A stretch of 63,794 bases of DNA, filler included. It is 4 parts of 4 records of this genome, joined end to end, with 100 filler letters (N's around TTAATTAATTAA, not from the genome) between each part and the next. Parts side by side here need not be neighbours in the genome. Positions count along the whole stretch, not along the records: positions 1 to 27,975 come from DRR723986_7116; positions 28,076 to 43,907 come from DRR723986_7124; 2 more parts are not named here. The stretch is one strand, 5' to 3'. This document shows positions 19,637 through 28,986 of this stretch, piece after piece; the stretch's first letter is position 1; each line of letters starts with the position of its first letter. The position numbers and the translations under genes are program-made. Under the pieces are notes generated by a model. The model was given only the letters and a program-made list of their open reading frames with translations, was not told the origin of the DNA and ran no database searches.

Positions 19637-21079
19637 ATGTTGCTCAAATCCATCGTTTTCTGTCTTTCTCTGGTTTTCGCGGTTCCGCAGCTTTCCGCCG
19701 CCGAGATCACACAGCGTCCCGATCTCGCACCGCGATTGGCACAATTGAAACCGTTGTATCCGGGCAAACGGTCTGCCGGCAGCGTGGTCAATGAACTGCA
19801 GGGAACGATATTCCTGATTTCCGGTGTCATCGAAAAAGGCGATCTGGAAAAGCTGAAGGCTGCTCTCGACGGCACGTGGGGCAAATACATCGTCTTCGAC
19901 AGCCCCGGCGGCAGCTTTCTGGAAGGCATCCGCATCGGCCAGTATCTGCAATACAACGTCGGCTCGCAGGACCCGGATCTCAACGGTGTCTTCGTTCTCA
20001 ACGGTAACGAGTGCCTGTCCGCCTGCGCGCTCGCCTTCACCCTGGCAGCTACCCCGCGCAACGCTGTTTATGGCGGCGATATCCGCTTTCTGGAAGCTGG
20101 CGCGGCACTCGGGTATCACATGGCGTTCCTGCCGGAGGAGAAGGCCAACCAGCTTGTTGCGGTCAAGGAAGCCATGAACCTGGCCTACGAAGTGACGCAG
20201 ACCTACGTCAAGCTGATCAAGGGCGGCATTGCCCCGTCCATTCTGCTGCAGGAGGCGCTGTCCCACCGTACTGCCGACAGCTTCTTTTATCTGGCTGGCG
20301 GCATTCGGTCCTATGCGATGGGCCTGACGCCGGTTTCTGCCGGCACTATTGCCGACCCGATCAACAAGAGCGCCCTTTACATGGACACGGTTGGCGCCAT
20401 GTGCACGCAGCTTTTCCAGGCCGACAATTCAATCAGGAAATCTGAAGTCGAATATGAATTCGGCGCAATTGACGGATCTGGTCCGAACCCGCAGGAAACC
20501 AAGCTGGAAGATCTGATCCAGCAGCTGGGGTCACGCCGTATCGCCGCAAGCCACAATGGCGTTGCTTATTGCACGGTCGAACTTTCCGAAGACGGCACCG
20601 TCGGCATGCGCATCACCTCCGGTTCGCTACCCTGTGCGAAGGGCGGGTATGACGCCCCCACATGGTGCGCAATGCCGGGGCCCTTCGACGATACCCTGCC
20701 GAAAGTGACCAACGCGCTGCTTGCCGACGCAGCCAGTTGCCACGGCGGCAGGCTGACGACCGAATATGCCTACTGGACGAGCGATGTCATCGACTACGAC
20801 ATCGGCGAGGAAACACCGACAGCTCTGACGGACTGGAATTCGTGGGAGCGCACCATCGCGCGGGACGTCAACGTTCGCCAGAACCCGTCTCTCGACGCGG
20901 CAGCCGTTGGCCGGGTGCAGACCGGCGACAAGGTCAAGATTTCCGATTGCCGTATCGTCTCGGGGCCGCAAGGTGTCTGGTATCAACTGTCCACCGGCGG
21001 CTGGATCAGTGCCCGCTTCGTTTCCGAATTCGACCAGTTCACCCGTCCGGCAACAGAAGAAACCATGATAGGCCGATAA
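19637..21079 (+). CDS. Exported ClpP/crotonase-fold (COG3904-like) protein with C-terminal bacterial SH3 domain
   Basis: Signal peptide LSA-A; ISGVIEKGD, FDSPGG, CLSAC, LGYH; C-terminal VNVRQNPSLDAAAVGRVQTGDKV...WYQL...GWISARFV matches SH3b. Confidence 0.72.
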   Translation: MLLKSIVFCLSLVFAVPQLSAAEITQRPDLAPRLAQLKPLYPGKRSAGSVVNELQGTIFLISGVIEKGDLEKLKAALDGTWGKYIVFDSPGGSFLEGIRIGQYLQYNVGSQDPDLNGVFVLNGNECLSACALAFTLAATPRNAVYGGDIRFLEAGAALGYHMAFLPEEKANQLVAVKEAMNLAYEVTQTYVKLIKGGIAPSILLQEALSHRTADSFFYLAGGIRSYAMGLTPVSAGTIADPINKSALYMDTVGAMCTQLFQADNSIRKSEVEYEFGAIDGSGPNPQETKLEDLIQQLGSRRIAASHNGVAYCTVELSEDGTVGMRITSGSLPCAKGGYDAPTWCAMPGPFDDTLPKVTNALLADAASCHGGRLTTEYAYWTSDVIDYDIGEETPTALTDWNSWERTIARDVNVRQNPSLDAAAVGRVQTGDKVKISDCRIVSGPQGVWYQLSTGGWISARFVSEFDQFTRPATEETMIGR

Positions 21080-21131
21080 GGGCCTTGAACCCGTCTGCTC
21101 CTGTCAGGCAAGGCCTCTTCCTGCTTTGCCT

Positions 21132-22238
21132 TCAGGCTGCGGTTTTCACCTGTTCTGCTGCAGGAGACCCAACGACCGTCTGCTGCCGGGCGTCATAGCT
21201 TGTCAGCAGGCGGTCAGCAACACCGGCAGACAGCCAGATGGCGGTCAGGGTGATCCACGCCGTCAGCGCGAAGATGGAAGCTCCCGTGATACCGGCCCCG
21301 ACGGCACAGCCGCCGGCAAGCATGCCGCCGAACCCCATGAGCGTTGCTCCGGTGAGGTAGCGCGCCATCGACTTGCCGCCTTCGAACCCCTGCAGAGCCA
21401 GTTCCCGCGTCACGAAAGCCGCCAGGAACGAGCCCAGAAAGACGCCGGGCACCAAGCCGACATCGAAATCAAGCAGATCGCCCGGTGGTGACAGAACCAG
21501 CATCAGGGCATCGGCGGACGGTCCGGTGAAGGTTACCCCTTCCACCTGCACGGGGTCGAAAGCTTGCCGGGCCATGGCGGATGTGAACCACCAGGCCAGG
21601 GGAATTGCCAGCCCCGCGCCCGCTGCCGCCACCAGCTGCCAGACCTTCACCCTCGACCGCCAGGCAAAGACTAGCCCCGCCACCAGCCAGAGCGCCGTGA
21701 AACCAAGCGTCACGGATGTGCTCAGCCCCAGCATCTCGGTCAGATTGTTGCCGCCGATATCCCCTGTCGTCCAAAGACCTGCAAACCATTCGCGCACCGG
21801 TTTCAACAGGCCACGCAGGCTCGCCTGGGCGACGACGGCAAAGACCAGCCCGGACAATAATGCCCGCAGATTGCCGGTGGCCGAAAGCACCAGCAGACGG
21901 CTTGCGCATCCGCGTGCCAGCACCATGCCGGTGCCGAACATCAACCCGCCCAGCAAAGCTCCGGAGAGGCTTTGCGGCGATGCCAACTGGCGGGCTTCAT
22001 TTGCCTGCACTTCGCCCAGGTGAATCAACACTTGCGTGCACAGAACCGCCGCGGAAAAGGTCAGGAGCCAGACAGGCAACCGGTCCTTCGGCGCACCGCG
22101 AGAGAATTCCAGGCTGGCAGCGCGCAGGCAAAAGCGGCTTTGCTGGGCAAAGGCGCCAAAAAGGACGCCGACAACCAGCCCGCCGATTGCCAGCAACCAG
22201 GGCTCGGAAATTTCGTCCAGAAGAAATGTCAGGTCCAT
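21132..22238 (-). CDS. YeeE/YedE (SoxT-like) sulfur-compound transporter
   Basis: SRFC, GGLMFGTGMVLARGC, LMGFGGMLAGGCAVG: the three conserved Cys of YeeE. Confidence 0.88.
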   Translation of the reverse strand: MDLTFLLDEISEPWLLAIGGLVVGVLFGAFAQQSRFCLRAASLEFSRGAPKDRLPVWLLTFSAAVLCTQVLIHLGEVQANEARQLASPQSLSGALLGGLMFGTGMVLARGCASRLLVLSATGNLRALLSGLVFAVVAQASLRGLLKPVREWFAGLWTTGDIGGNNLTEMLGLSTSVTLGFTALWLVAGLVFAWRSRVKVWQLVAAAGAGLAIPLAWWFTSAMARQAFDPVQVEGVTFTGPSADALMLVLSPPGDLLDFDVGLVPGVFLGSFLAAFVTRELALQGFEGGKSMARYLTGATLMGFGGMLAGGCAVGAGITGASIFALTAWITLTAIWLSAGVADRLLTSYDARQQTVVGSPAAEQVKTAA

Positions 22239-22333
22239 GGGCCCCTCCCGGGCACACTGCGTCCTCGATTGCCACCAGCTTGGTGCCCTTTCGCTTCAAC
22301 GGGCATTGACCTCTCTCAATGAAACATAGATAA

Positions 22334-22349
22334 ATTCAAAAGTTTGAAT
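22334..22349. promoter_or_regulatory. SqrR/SoxR-type operator ATTC-N8-GAAT between divergent yeeE and MBL genes
   Basis: ATTC AAAAGTTT GAAT, a perfect inverted repeat; a two-Cys ArsR gene lies nearby. Confidence 0.6.
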
Positions 22350-22363
22350 ATGTGGAGGATGCC

Positions 22364-23302
22364 ATGTCCGGGCAATTTCGGAAAGATCTGACGAGACGCA
22401 ACGTTCTTGCCGGAGGCCTCGCGTTTGCGACCGCGGGTTTTGCCAGCCGGATAACGCCTGCCTTTGCAACCGCGAACCTGACCCTCGGCGCACACGACAT
22501 CACCGTTTTTTCCGACGGTCATCTGACCCTGCCGATGAACTTCATTTTGCCAGAACAAAGCGAAGAAGAGATCGCGGCGCTGCTGAAACCCCATGGCCTT
22601 GCCACGGACGCTCTGACGCCGGATTGCAACATCACATTGCTCCGCACCGGCGACCGCACAGTCCTCTTCGACGTCGGATCAGGCGCCAATTTCCAGTCGA
22701 CGGCAGGTGAGTTGCCGGGCCACCTGGCGGAAGCCGGTATCGATCCGTCGGACATCACCGACATTGTCTTCACCCACGCCCACCCGGACCATCTTTGGGG
22801 CATCCTGGACGATTTCGACGATCCGCTTTACCCGGAAGCGCAGATCTGGATGCCACAGGCCGAATGGGACTACTGGCGCGCCGACGATACGCTGGCCAAG
22901 ACGCCGGAGGAGCGCAAGAGTTTCGTGGTCGGGGCACAGGCGCGTTTCGACGTGATCGAAGACCGGGTGAACATGATCAAGCCGGGCCAGGAAGTGCTTC
23001 CAGGCGTTGAGGCGGTCGACACGGCGGGCCACACTCCGGGGCACATGTCCTACATGCTGCACGGCGGATCCGAGAGCCTGCTGGTGGTGGGCGACGCAAT
23101 TTCCAACACGGTGATTTCTTTCGAAAAACCCGGCTGGGCTTCCGGCTCCGATCAGGACCGCGACATGGGCATTGCCACTCGCAAGGCACTGCTCGACCGC
23201 CTGGCGCAAGATGGCTCCCGCGTCATCGGTTACCACTTCCCCCACCCCGGTGGAGGGCACGTGGAACGCACCGGCGATGCCTACAGTTTCGTCGCAGCCT
23301 GA
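22364..23302 (+). CDS. Tat-exported metallo-beta-lactamase-fold hydrolase, sox-associated
   Basis: GGAGG RBS; TRRNVL Tat motif; THAHPDH, GHTPGH, VGD, GYHFP. Confidence 0.85.
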   Translation: MSGQFRKDLTRRNVLAGGLAFATAGFASRITPAFATANLTLGAHDITVFSDGHLTLPMNFILPEQSEEEIAALLKPHGLATDALTPDCNITLLRTGDRTVLFDVGSGANFQSTAGELPGHLAEAGIDPSDITDIVFTHAHPDHLWGILDDFDDPLYPEAQIWMPQAEWDYWRADDTLAKTPEERKSFVVGAQARFDVIEDRVNMIKPGQEVLPGVEAVDTAGHTPGHMSYMLHGGSESLLVVGDAISNTVISFEKPGWASGSDQDRDMGIATRKALLDRLAQDGSRVIGYHFPHPGGGHVERTGDAYSFVAA

Positions 23303-23327
23303 ACTGCCGAATAAAAGGTGCCGGGTT

Positions 23328-24434
23328 TCACTCCGCCGCCGAGTGATGGGCACTACCCTGGTTGCGCTGGAAGGCGGCAAGGACGTTGCCTTCCACAAGC
23401 CAGGCAAGCCCGACCCGTGCACCGAATGCCATGGATACCATCACGATGGGCGCAGAAATCGCCAGCGTGGAAAAGCCGGTAATGCCCTGCCCCACCGTGC
23501 AGCCCATTGAAAACACGCCGCCGACACCCATCAGGGTGCCACCCAGAAGATGGCGGCCGAGTTCGCGTGCATCGTCGCACGCTTCCCAGCGGATATCCCG
23601 TTTCCACATGGCTGCGACCACGGCGCCGACCAGCGTACCGGCAATCAGACCGACACCATAATCCGGCAGGGTCCCCGTATAGGTGATCAGCTGCATGATG
23701 GTGTCACCAACCGGTACTACGAAGGATCCGGCCTCGATCTGGATCGGATCGAAGGAGCGTCCCGCAAGGAAGGTTGTCGCCCACCAGCCGAAGGCGATCA
23801 CGCTGCCGATGACAACACCGGTTCCGATCTTGCTCCATTGCCGGCGATAGGACGCCGATTTGAAGATCCAGAACAGACCGGCCAAAGCGAGCACGATGGC
23901 AACCACACCCTGCAGCTTCATGCCCACCAGGGTCGAGACAATGTCGCCCATGGACTGGCTGCCGCTTGCGGTGAAGGAAACGGCAAGATCATCGACGATC
24001 GGCACTCGCACGATGCCGACGATGCCCCTTTGGGCGGCCAGTGCCGACAGGCCGATGACCGTCAGCACCACAAGCGCCCTGAGGCTGCCGCCACCCAGAC
24101 GCAGAACCGCTCCGAAACCACAGGTGCCGACAAGCGCCATACCGATGCCGAACATGAAGCCGCCGAGAATGGCGCCCGTCCAGGCAAATTCCGGTGACAG
24201 GTAAAAGGAGGCAGCCGTGTCGGCCATGCCGAAGGCGACGAGCAGCTGTGTGCCGATCAGTGCGGATACGGAAGCAAGCACCCAGGTCCTGAGCGCGCTG
24301 CTGTCGCCCGCGTACCAGTGCCTTTCCAGTGCCGACAGCGTACAGAAGTGGTTTGACCTCGCAACGAACCCCAGCACGCACCCCGCGAGCACACCCAGAA
24401 GCGGTGTCAGCACCGCCGGATCGAGATTGACCAT
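23328..24434 (-). CDS. YeeE/YedE (SoxT-like) sulfur-compound transporter
   Basis: NHFC, GGFMFGIGMALVGTC, LMGVGGVFSMGCTVGQG; downstream of soxR. Confidence 0.88.
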   Translation of the reverse strand: MVNLDPAVLTPLLGVLAGCVLGFVARSNHFCTLSALERHWYAGDSSALRTWVLASVSALIGTQLLVAFGMADTAASFYLSPEFAWTGAILGGFMFGIGMALVGTCGFGAVLRLGGGSLRALVVLTVIGLSALAAQRGIVGIVRVPIVDDLAVSFTASGSQSMGDIVSTLVGMKLQGVVAIVLALAGLFWIFKSASYRRQWSKIGTGVVIGSVIAFGWWATTFLAGRSFDPIQIEAGSFVVPVGDTIMQLITYTGTLPDYGVGLIAGTLVGAVVAAMWKRDIRWEACDDARELGRHLLGGTLMGVGGVFSMGCTVGQGITGFSTLAISAPIVMVSMAFGARVGLAWLVEGNVLAAFQRNQGSAHHSAAE

Positions 24435-24578
24435 ACGCGTCCTACCCTCCGCCGGTTATTCCGGCCGCGTTTCCCGTACTCGCTCTTTCGGCGATTTTTC
24501 AAACCGTAGCAGGCAGCGAAATTTGCAGCAATCGAACTCGTTGCTGCATCGCACGCCCGTATGTTGCGCTACCTGCGT

Positions 24579-24929
24579 TTATTTTTCAGGTGCACGCACG
24601 TCCTTGCAGAACAGCTCGTAAAGGCTCGAAATGATCGAACTTACCTCATCGTTCATGAGGCTGTAGTAGATCATGCGCCCGTCGCGCCGCGACTGCACAA
24701 GGCCTTCCAGGCGAAGTCGAGCAAGCTGCTGGGAAACCGCGGCCTGCGGCATTGTCAGGATCTCTTCGAGCTCGGAAACCGACTTTTCGCCTTCAGACAG
24801 CAGACACAGGATGACAAGGCGCACTTCGTGCGAAAGGGCCTTGAGCAGATCGCTCGCCTTCCGCGCCTGCTCCATCAGCAGGTCGAGGTCCTTCGCATCC
24901 AGGTTCTTGTCAAAGGCCGGCAGTATCAT
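24579..24929 (-). CDS. soxR: ArsR/SmtB-family repressor SoxR (SqrR/BigR type)
   Basis: LKALSHEVRLVILC...VSQQLARLR...IYYSL...LYELFC with two sensor Cys; sox context. Confidence 0.85.
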   Translation of the reverse strand: MILPAFDKNLDAKDLDLLMEQARKASDLLKALSHEVRLVILCLLSEGEKSVSELEEILTMPQAAVSQQLARLRLEGLVQSRRDGRMIYYSLMNDEVSSIISSLYELFCKDVRAPEK

Positions 24930-25020
24930 CCGGAACCCACACCCTTTTCAGCATTGCCATTGCAGCGCACAAAACCGCTTTTCAGATTCATGCCTCAACT
25001 TCAGTACCGGATCAACAGCA

Positions 25021-25395
25021 TCACTTGCTCGTGTCCGGAAGCTTTCCCAACATATCGGTCAGCAGCGGCCAGAAGAAGTGCTCTCCCGGATAGCCGCGCA
25101 GACGGTCGATTTCAACGCCGTCGGCCACCAGAATGAAGGTTGGCGTCATCCGCTCTTTCGGTATGCCGGCCAGGTCCTGCGGCCAGGCGTCGGTAATATC
25201 GACGCGGCGCAACGGCGCTTGCCGGCCTTCCGACGTCTTCGGATAGGCGATGCCGATTTCCTCGTTCCAGCGCTTGCACCAGACACACCCCGGCTGTTCC
25301 AGCATGACCAGCTCGGCACTCCAGGCAGGCAACGCCTGAAACAGGCCGGAAACCAACACTCCGGCAAGGATCATCGCACGTGTCGCGACGGACAT
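25021..25395 (-). CDS. soxS: Periplasmic thioredoxin SoxS
   Basis: AELVMLEQPGCVWCKRW, TPTFIL, GYPGEHFFW; divergent from soxV. Confidence 0.85.
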   Translation of the reverse strand: MSVATRAMILAGVLVSGLFQALPAWSAELVMLEQPGCVWCKRWNEEIGIAYPKTSEGRQAPLRRVDITDAWPQDLAGIPKERMTPTFILVADGVEIDRLRGYPGEHFFWPLLTDMLGKLPDTSK

Positions 25396-25487
25396 TTTGC
25401 AGTCTCCACATTTCTTCCATTGCAATATATAGGAACTTTTGAATATTTTAAAGCAACCGAAGATCGAGTTTCTCTGGGAGGAAATGA

Positions 25488-26222
25488 ATGCTCGATGTTA
25501 CTCTGGGCGCTGCCTTTCTGGCAGGTCTGCTTTCATTCATTTCGCCTTGTGTCTTGCCGATTGTGCCGCCCTACCTGTGTTATCTGGCCGGTGTCAGCGT
25601 CGATGAACTGAAGGGCGATACGGCCACGGCCGAAACGGGTCGCCGGGTGATTCTGGCGGCGATCGCCTTCGTGCTCGGCTTTTCGCTCGTCTTTGTCGCC
25701 CTCGGTGCAACGGCCAGCGTCATCGGCCAGTCGATCGCCCGCTACTACGATATCCTGTCTTATGTTGCAGGCGCGATCATCATCGTCATGGGCCTGCATT
25801 TTCTCGGTGTCTTTCGCATCGGGCTCCTGTTCCGCGAAGCCCGCATTCATGTCGAACGCAAGCCCGCGGGTCTGGTTGGAGCCTTCGTCATGGGCCTGGC
25901 TTTCGCGTTCGGCTGGACACCGTGCGTCGGCCCGGTTCTGGCGGCAATCCTGTTCGTTGCCGGATCGTCGGACACCACCTGGCACGGCGCCGGACTGCTT
26001 GCGGTCTATGCACTCGGCATCGGTCTGCCTTTCATCCTGGCGGCAGCATTTGCCAGCCGGTTCCTGAAGGTGGCCGGACGTTTCCGCAAACACATGGGCA
26101 CGGTGGAAAAGATCATGGGCGGCCTCCTGGTGCTCACCGGCCTGTTGTTCATCACCGGGCAAATGTCGGCAATCGCCTTCTGGCTGCTCGAAACATTCCC
26201 GGTTTTCTCACAAATCGGCTGA
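25488..26222 (+). CDS. soxV: CcdA-like membrane disulfide reductase SoxV
   Basis: AGLLSFISPCVLPIVP and FGWTPCVGPVL. Confidence 0.88.
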   Translation: MLDVTLGAAFLAGLLSFISPCVLPIVPPYLCYLAGVSVDELKGDTATAETGRRVILAAIAFVLGFSLVFVALGATASVIGQSIARYYDILSYVAGAIIIVMGLHFLGVFRIGLLFREARIHVERKPAGLVGAFVMGLAFAFGWTPCVGPVLAAILFVAGSSDTTWHGAGLLAVYALGIGLPFILAAAFASRFLKVAGRFRKHMGTVEKIMGGLLVLTGLLFITGQMSAIAFWLLETFPVFSQIG

Positions 26223-26254
26223 CCGGCCATTTCCGGTCCAGGGAGGACAATGAC

Positions 26255-26848
26255 ATGCGTATCTGGAAACAATTGGTGCTGGCAGTCGAGCTCTTGGCGG
26301 CCCTGACCACAACGGCGCTCGCCGCAACGCTCGGCGACGATGGCCTGCACAAGCAGCCCTGGTTCACCGTAACCTTCCGCGACATAGGCGAAGACATTGA
26401 AACCGCGGCAGGAGAAGGCAAGCGCCTGGCAATCATCTTTGAACAACGCGGCTGCATCTATTGCCGCCAGATGCACGAAAAGATCCTCTCCGACCCGGAA
26501 GTGACCGACTACATCAAAGAGAACTTCATGGTCGTGCAATACAACATGTTCGGCGACGAGGAAGTGATCGACCTGGACGGCGAAGAACTGACCGAAAAGA
26601 CCGCCGCGCGCAAATGGGGCTATGTCTTCACACCCACAATCGTGTTCCTGCCGGACGAGGTTCCGAGCGAGGGAACGGTGTCGGAAGCGGCCGTCGCAAC
26701 GATGCCGGGCGCCTTCGGCAAGTGGACTTTCCTGAACATGTTTCGCTGGGTTCAGGAAAAAGGCTACGAAGGCGACGAGCATTTCCAGAAATATCATGCC
26801 CGCATAATCAACGAGTTGCGCGAAAAAGGCCGCCTCGATGCGGAATAG
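26255..26848 (+). CDS. soxW: Periplasmic thioredoxin SoxW
   Basis: GGAGG RBS; LGDDGLHKQPWF, EQRGCIYC, FTPT. Confidence 0.88.
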   Translation: MRIWKQLVLAVELLAALTTTALAATLGDDGLHKQPWFTVTFRDIGEDIETAAGEGKRLAIIFEQRGCIYCRQMHEKILSDPEVTDYIKENFMVVQYNMFGDEEVIDLDGEELTEKTAARKWGYVFTPTIVFLPDEVPSEGTVSEAAVATMPGAFGKWTFLNMFRWVQEKGYEGDEHFQKYHARIINELREKGRLDAE

Positions 26849-27025
26849 GAAGAGCGGATAAAACAGGTTTATGCCGGATACGGCAAAAGGCCTATTGCAT
26901 AACATATGCAAAAAATCATATCTTTTAATATGAGGAGGACAGGCAGGCTGGGGAATCGGACCTGCCGAAGGAACGCAAACGGCACGACAGCCGGCCGTTC
27001 CACACTGAGGAGGAAAGCCGACACA

Positions 27026-27505
27026 ATGTTCAAGGGCGCGACACATTTCAGCCTGCCGGCGGCCTTTGCCGGCCTAGCCGTCCTGGCCGCTTCCGCAGCG
27101 GCCGCCGGAACGGTTGCTCCGGACAGCGTTCCCATCGTCGATATGGAACTGTCCGAATCCCTGACGGGCGTTCAGGGAGACCCGCAGGCCGGACGCGAAG
27201 CCTTCGCCGATCGCAAGAAGGGCAACTGCCTGGCTTGCCATGCCAATGCCGATCTCAACGACCAGCTGTTCCACGGCGAAGTCGGCCCCGTCCTCGACGG
27301 TGCCGCCGACCGCTGGAACGAGGCGCAACTGCGCGCCATCGTGGTCAACAGCAAGGACGTCTTCGGCGAACAGACCATCATGCCCGGTTTCTACACCCTG
27401 AAGGTGGGCATCAACGTCGACGAGGAATTCGCCGGCAAAACCATCCTGTCAGCGCAAGAGGTAGAGGACGTCGTCGCCTATCTCATGACGCTGAAAGAGA
27501 ATTGA
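27026..27505 (+). CDS. soxX: c-type cytochrome SoxX
   Basis: GDPQAGR...KGNCLACH, FHGEVGP.L, TIMPGFY, ILSAQEVEDVVAYL. Confidence 0.92.
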   Translation: MFKGATHFSLPAAFAGLAVLAASAAAAGTVAPDSVPIVDMELSESLTGVQGDPQAGREAFADRKKGNCLACHANADLNDQLFHGEVGPVLDGAADRWNEAQLRAIVVNSKDVFGEQTIMPGFYTLKVGINVDEEFAGKTILSAQEVEDVVAYLMTLKEN

Positions 27506-27528
27506 TCTCGGGTTTCAAGGAGCAAGAG

Positions 27529-27975
27529 ATGAGCTTTACAAGACGCCAGGTGTTTGGTCTCACGATCGGAGCCGCTGCATTCGTGGCCGCCGGATCGCGG
27601 GTTTCCTTCGCCGCAACCGACCAGACCGAAGAGGCCATCAAGGCCTTCACCGACGGAGCAGATCCCAAGGAGGGAACAGTTTCCCTCGACACGCCGGAAA
27701 TTGCCGAGAACGGCAACACGGTGCCGGTCGGCGTATCCGTCGACAGCCCGATGACGGCAGACAGCTTCGTTGAATCTGTCCTGATCCTGGCCGACGGCAA
27801 CCCCAACCCGGCTGTTGCCACGTTCCACTTCACTGCCATGAGCGGTGTTGCCGAAGCCAAGACCCGCATCCGGCTCGCCAAGACGCAGAACGTCATCGCG
27901 GTCGCCAAGATGAACGATGGCTCCACCTTCATCGACCGCAAGGAAGTGAAAGTCACCATCGGCGGCTGCGGCGGC
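27529..27975 (+). CDS. soxY: Sulfur carrier SoxY (stop codon lost at the contig end)
   Basis: Tat signal TRRQ; PEIAENGNTVPV, TRIRLAKTQNV, terminal VKVTIGGCGG. Confidence 0.95.
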
Positions 27976-28075
27976 NNNNNNNNNNNNNNNNNNNNNNNNN
28001 NNNNNNNNNNNNNNNNNNNTTAATTAATTAANNNNNNNNNNNNNNNNNNNNNNNNNNNNNNNNNNNNNNNNNNNN
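27976..28075. other. Artificial contig linker
   Basis: Ns flanking TTAATTAATTAA (stops in six frames), 100 nt. Confidence 0.98.
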
Positions 28076-28366
28076 CCGACCCAGGGCATGCGCCAGGGCA
28101 ATGATACCGGTACCCAGTATCGCTCGGCCGTCTACGTGAGCGAAGGCGACGACCTTGCCGGAGCCGAACAGTCGAGGCAAGCTTATCAGGCCGCCCTGAA
28201 GGCCGGCGGCGTCGCAAGCACCATCACGACGGAAATCCGGGAGCTGGATACCTTCTATTTCGCCGAGGATTACCATCAGCAGTATCTGGCCAAGAACCCG
28301 GCCGGCTATTGCGGGATCGGCGGCACGGGCATCTCGTGCCCGGTCGGGCTGGGCCAGACCGCCTGA
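28076..28366 (+). CDS. msrA: Peptide methionine sulfoxide reductase A, 3' fragment
   Basis: [17 protein letters not shown]...[21 protein letters not shown]. Confidence 0.92.
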   Translation, partial: PTQGMRQGNDTGTQYRSAVYVSEGDDLAGAEQSRQAYQAALKAGGVASTITTEIRELDTFYFAEDYHQQYLAKNPAGYCGIGGTGISCPVGLGQTA

Positions 28367-28403
28367 AGGCAGTCCGATCGCTAGCTTGGTTCCGGTTGAA
28401 TTC

Positions 28404-28444
28404 AAGACGGGGCAGTGCCAGAGACGGTGCTGCCCCGTCTTTTT
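28404..28444 (+). terminator. Intrinsic terminator after msrA
   Basis: AGACGGGGCAG...CTGCCCCGTCT followed by TTTT. Confidence 0.7.
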
Positions 28445-28662
28445 GCATTCTCCGGCGCCTGAAGCCGGCAGTGTTTCAACCGTTTCCCTGCCGAGGTTGG
28501 CCATATTGAAAGTCAGCTGGCGCGGGTCAAGAAAGTCAGGATCTACATAAGTACAATTTCGTACATAGCTTATATCTTTCAGTACCCTAGGGAAGTTTCA
28601 GGCTTTTTTAAATTTGCGCTGCGAGGATTGACCTGACGCATGGGCGTTTAAGGATCGACTTC

Positions 28663-28986
28663 GTGAGCCGTTCGGCAAAAATTTTTGCAACCGGATACTT
28701 CCTGGCCAGCTGCCTGTTGATGCTCGTCGGCTCGTTGATGCCAGCGCGCGAAGGGCCGGTCGCGGTATTCGCATGGCCCTGGGGTGAAAGCGCGGTCAGT
28801 GTCATCGCCAGATCGGGTGGCCCGGTACTGTTCGTCGGGGACAGAAGCTGGGTGGCGCTCACCGAAGCCGGTGAACAACAGTCCATCGCAAATCTTTACC
28901 GGTCAGGCGCCAGTTTTGTGGCGTCTTCCTTCATCGCGCAAGCCTGTGCGCGATTGAGCGGTGTCTCCCTGGAGCAGTTGAAATGA
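28663..28986 (+). CDS. Small hypothetical membrane-anchored protein coupled to the MCP
   Basis: N-terminal hydrophobic helix, [15 protein letters not shown]; stop overlaps the MCP start (ATGA). Confidence 0.65.
   Translation: MSRSAKIFATGYFLASCLLMLVGSLMPAREGPVAVFAWPWGESAVSVIARSGGPVLFVGDRSWVALTEAGEQQSIANLYRSGASFVASSFIAQACARLSGVSLEQLK

Noticed and set aside
27529-27975. sox cluster lacking soxZABCD
   Set aside because: The contig ends exactly at the SoxY GGCGG tail, so the absence reflects the assembly break.
27976-28075. TTAATTAATTAA palindrome within N runs, repeated three times in the window
   Set aside because: Identical 100-nt synthetic contig spacers; not a biological repeat or CtrA site. 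ORFs running into them are truncated artefactually.
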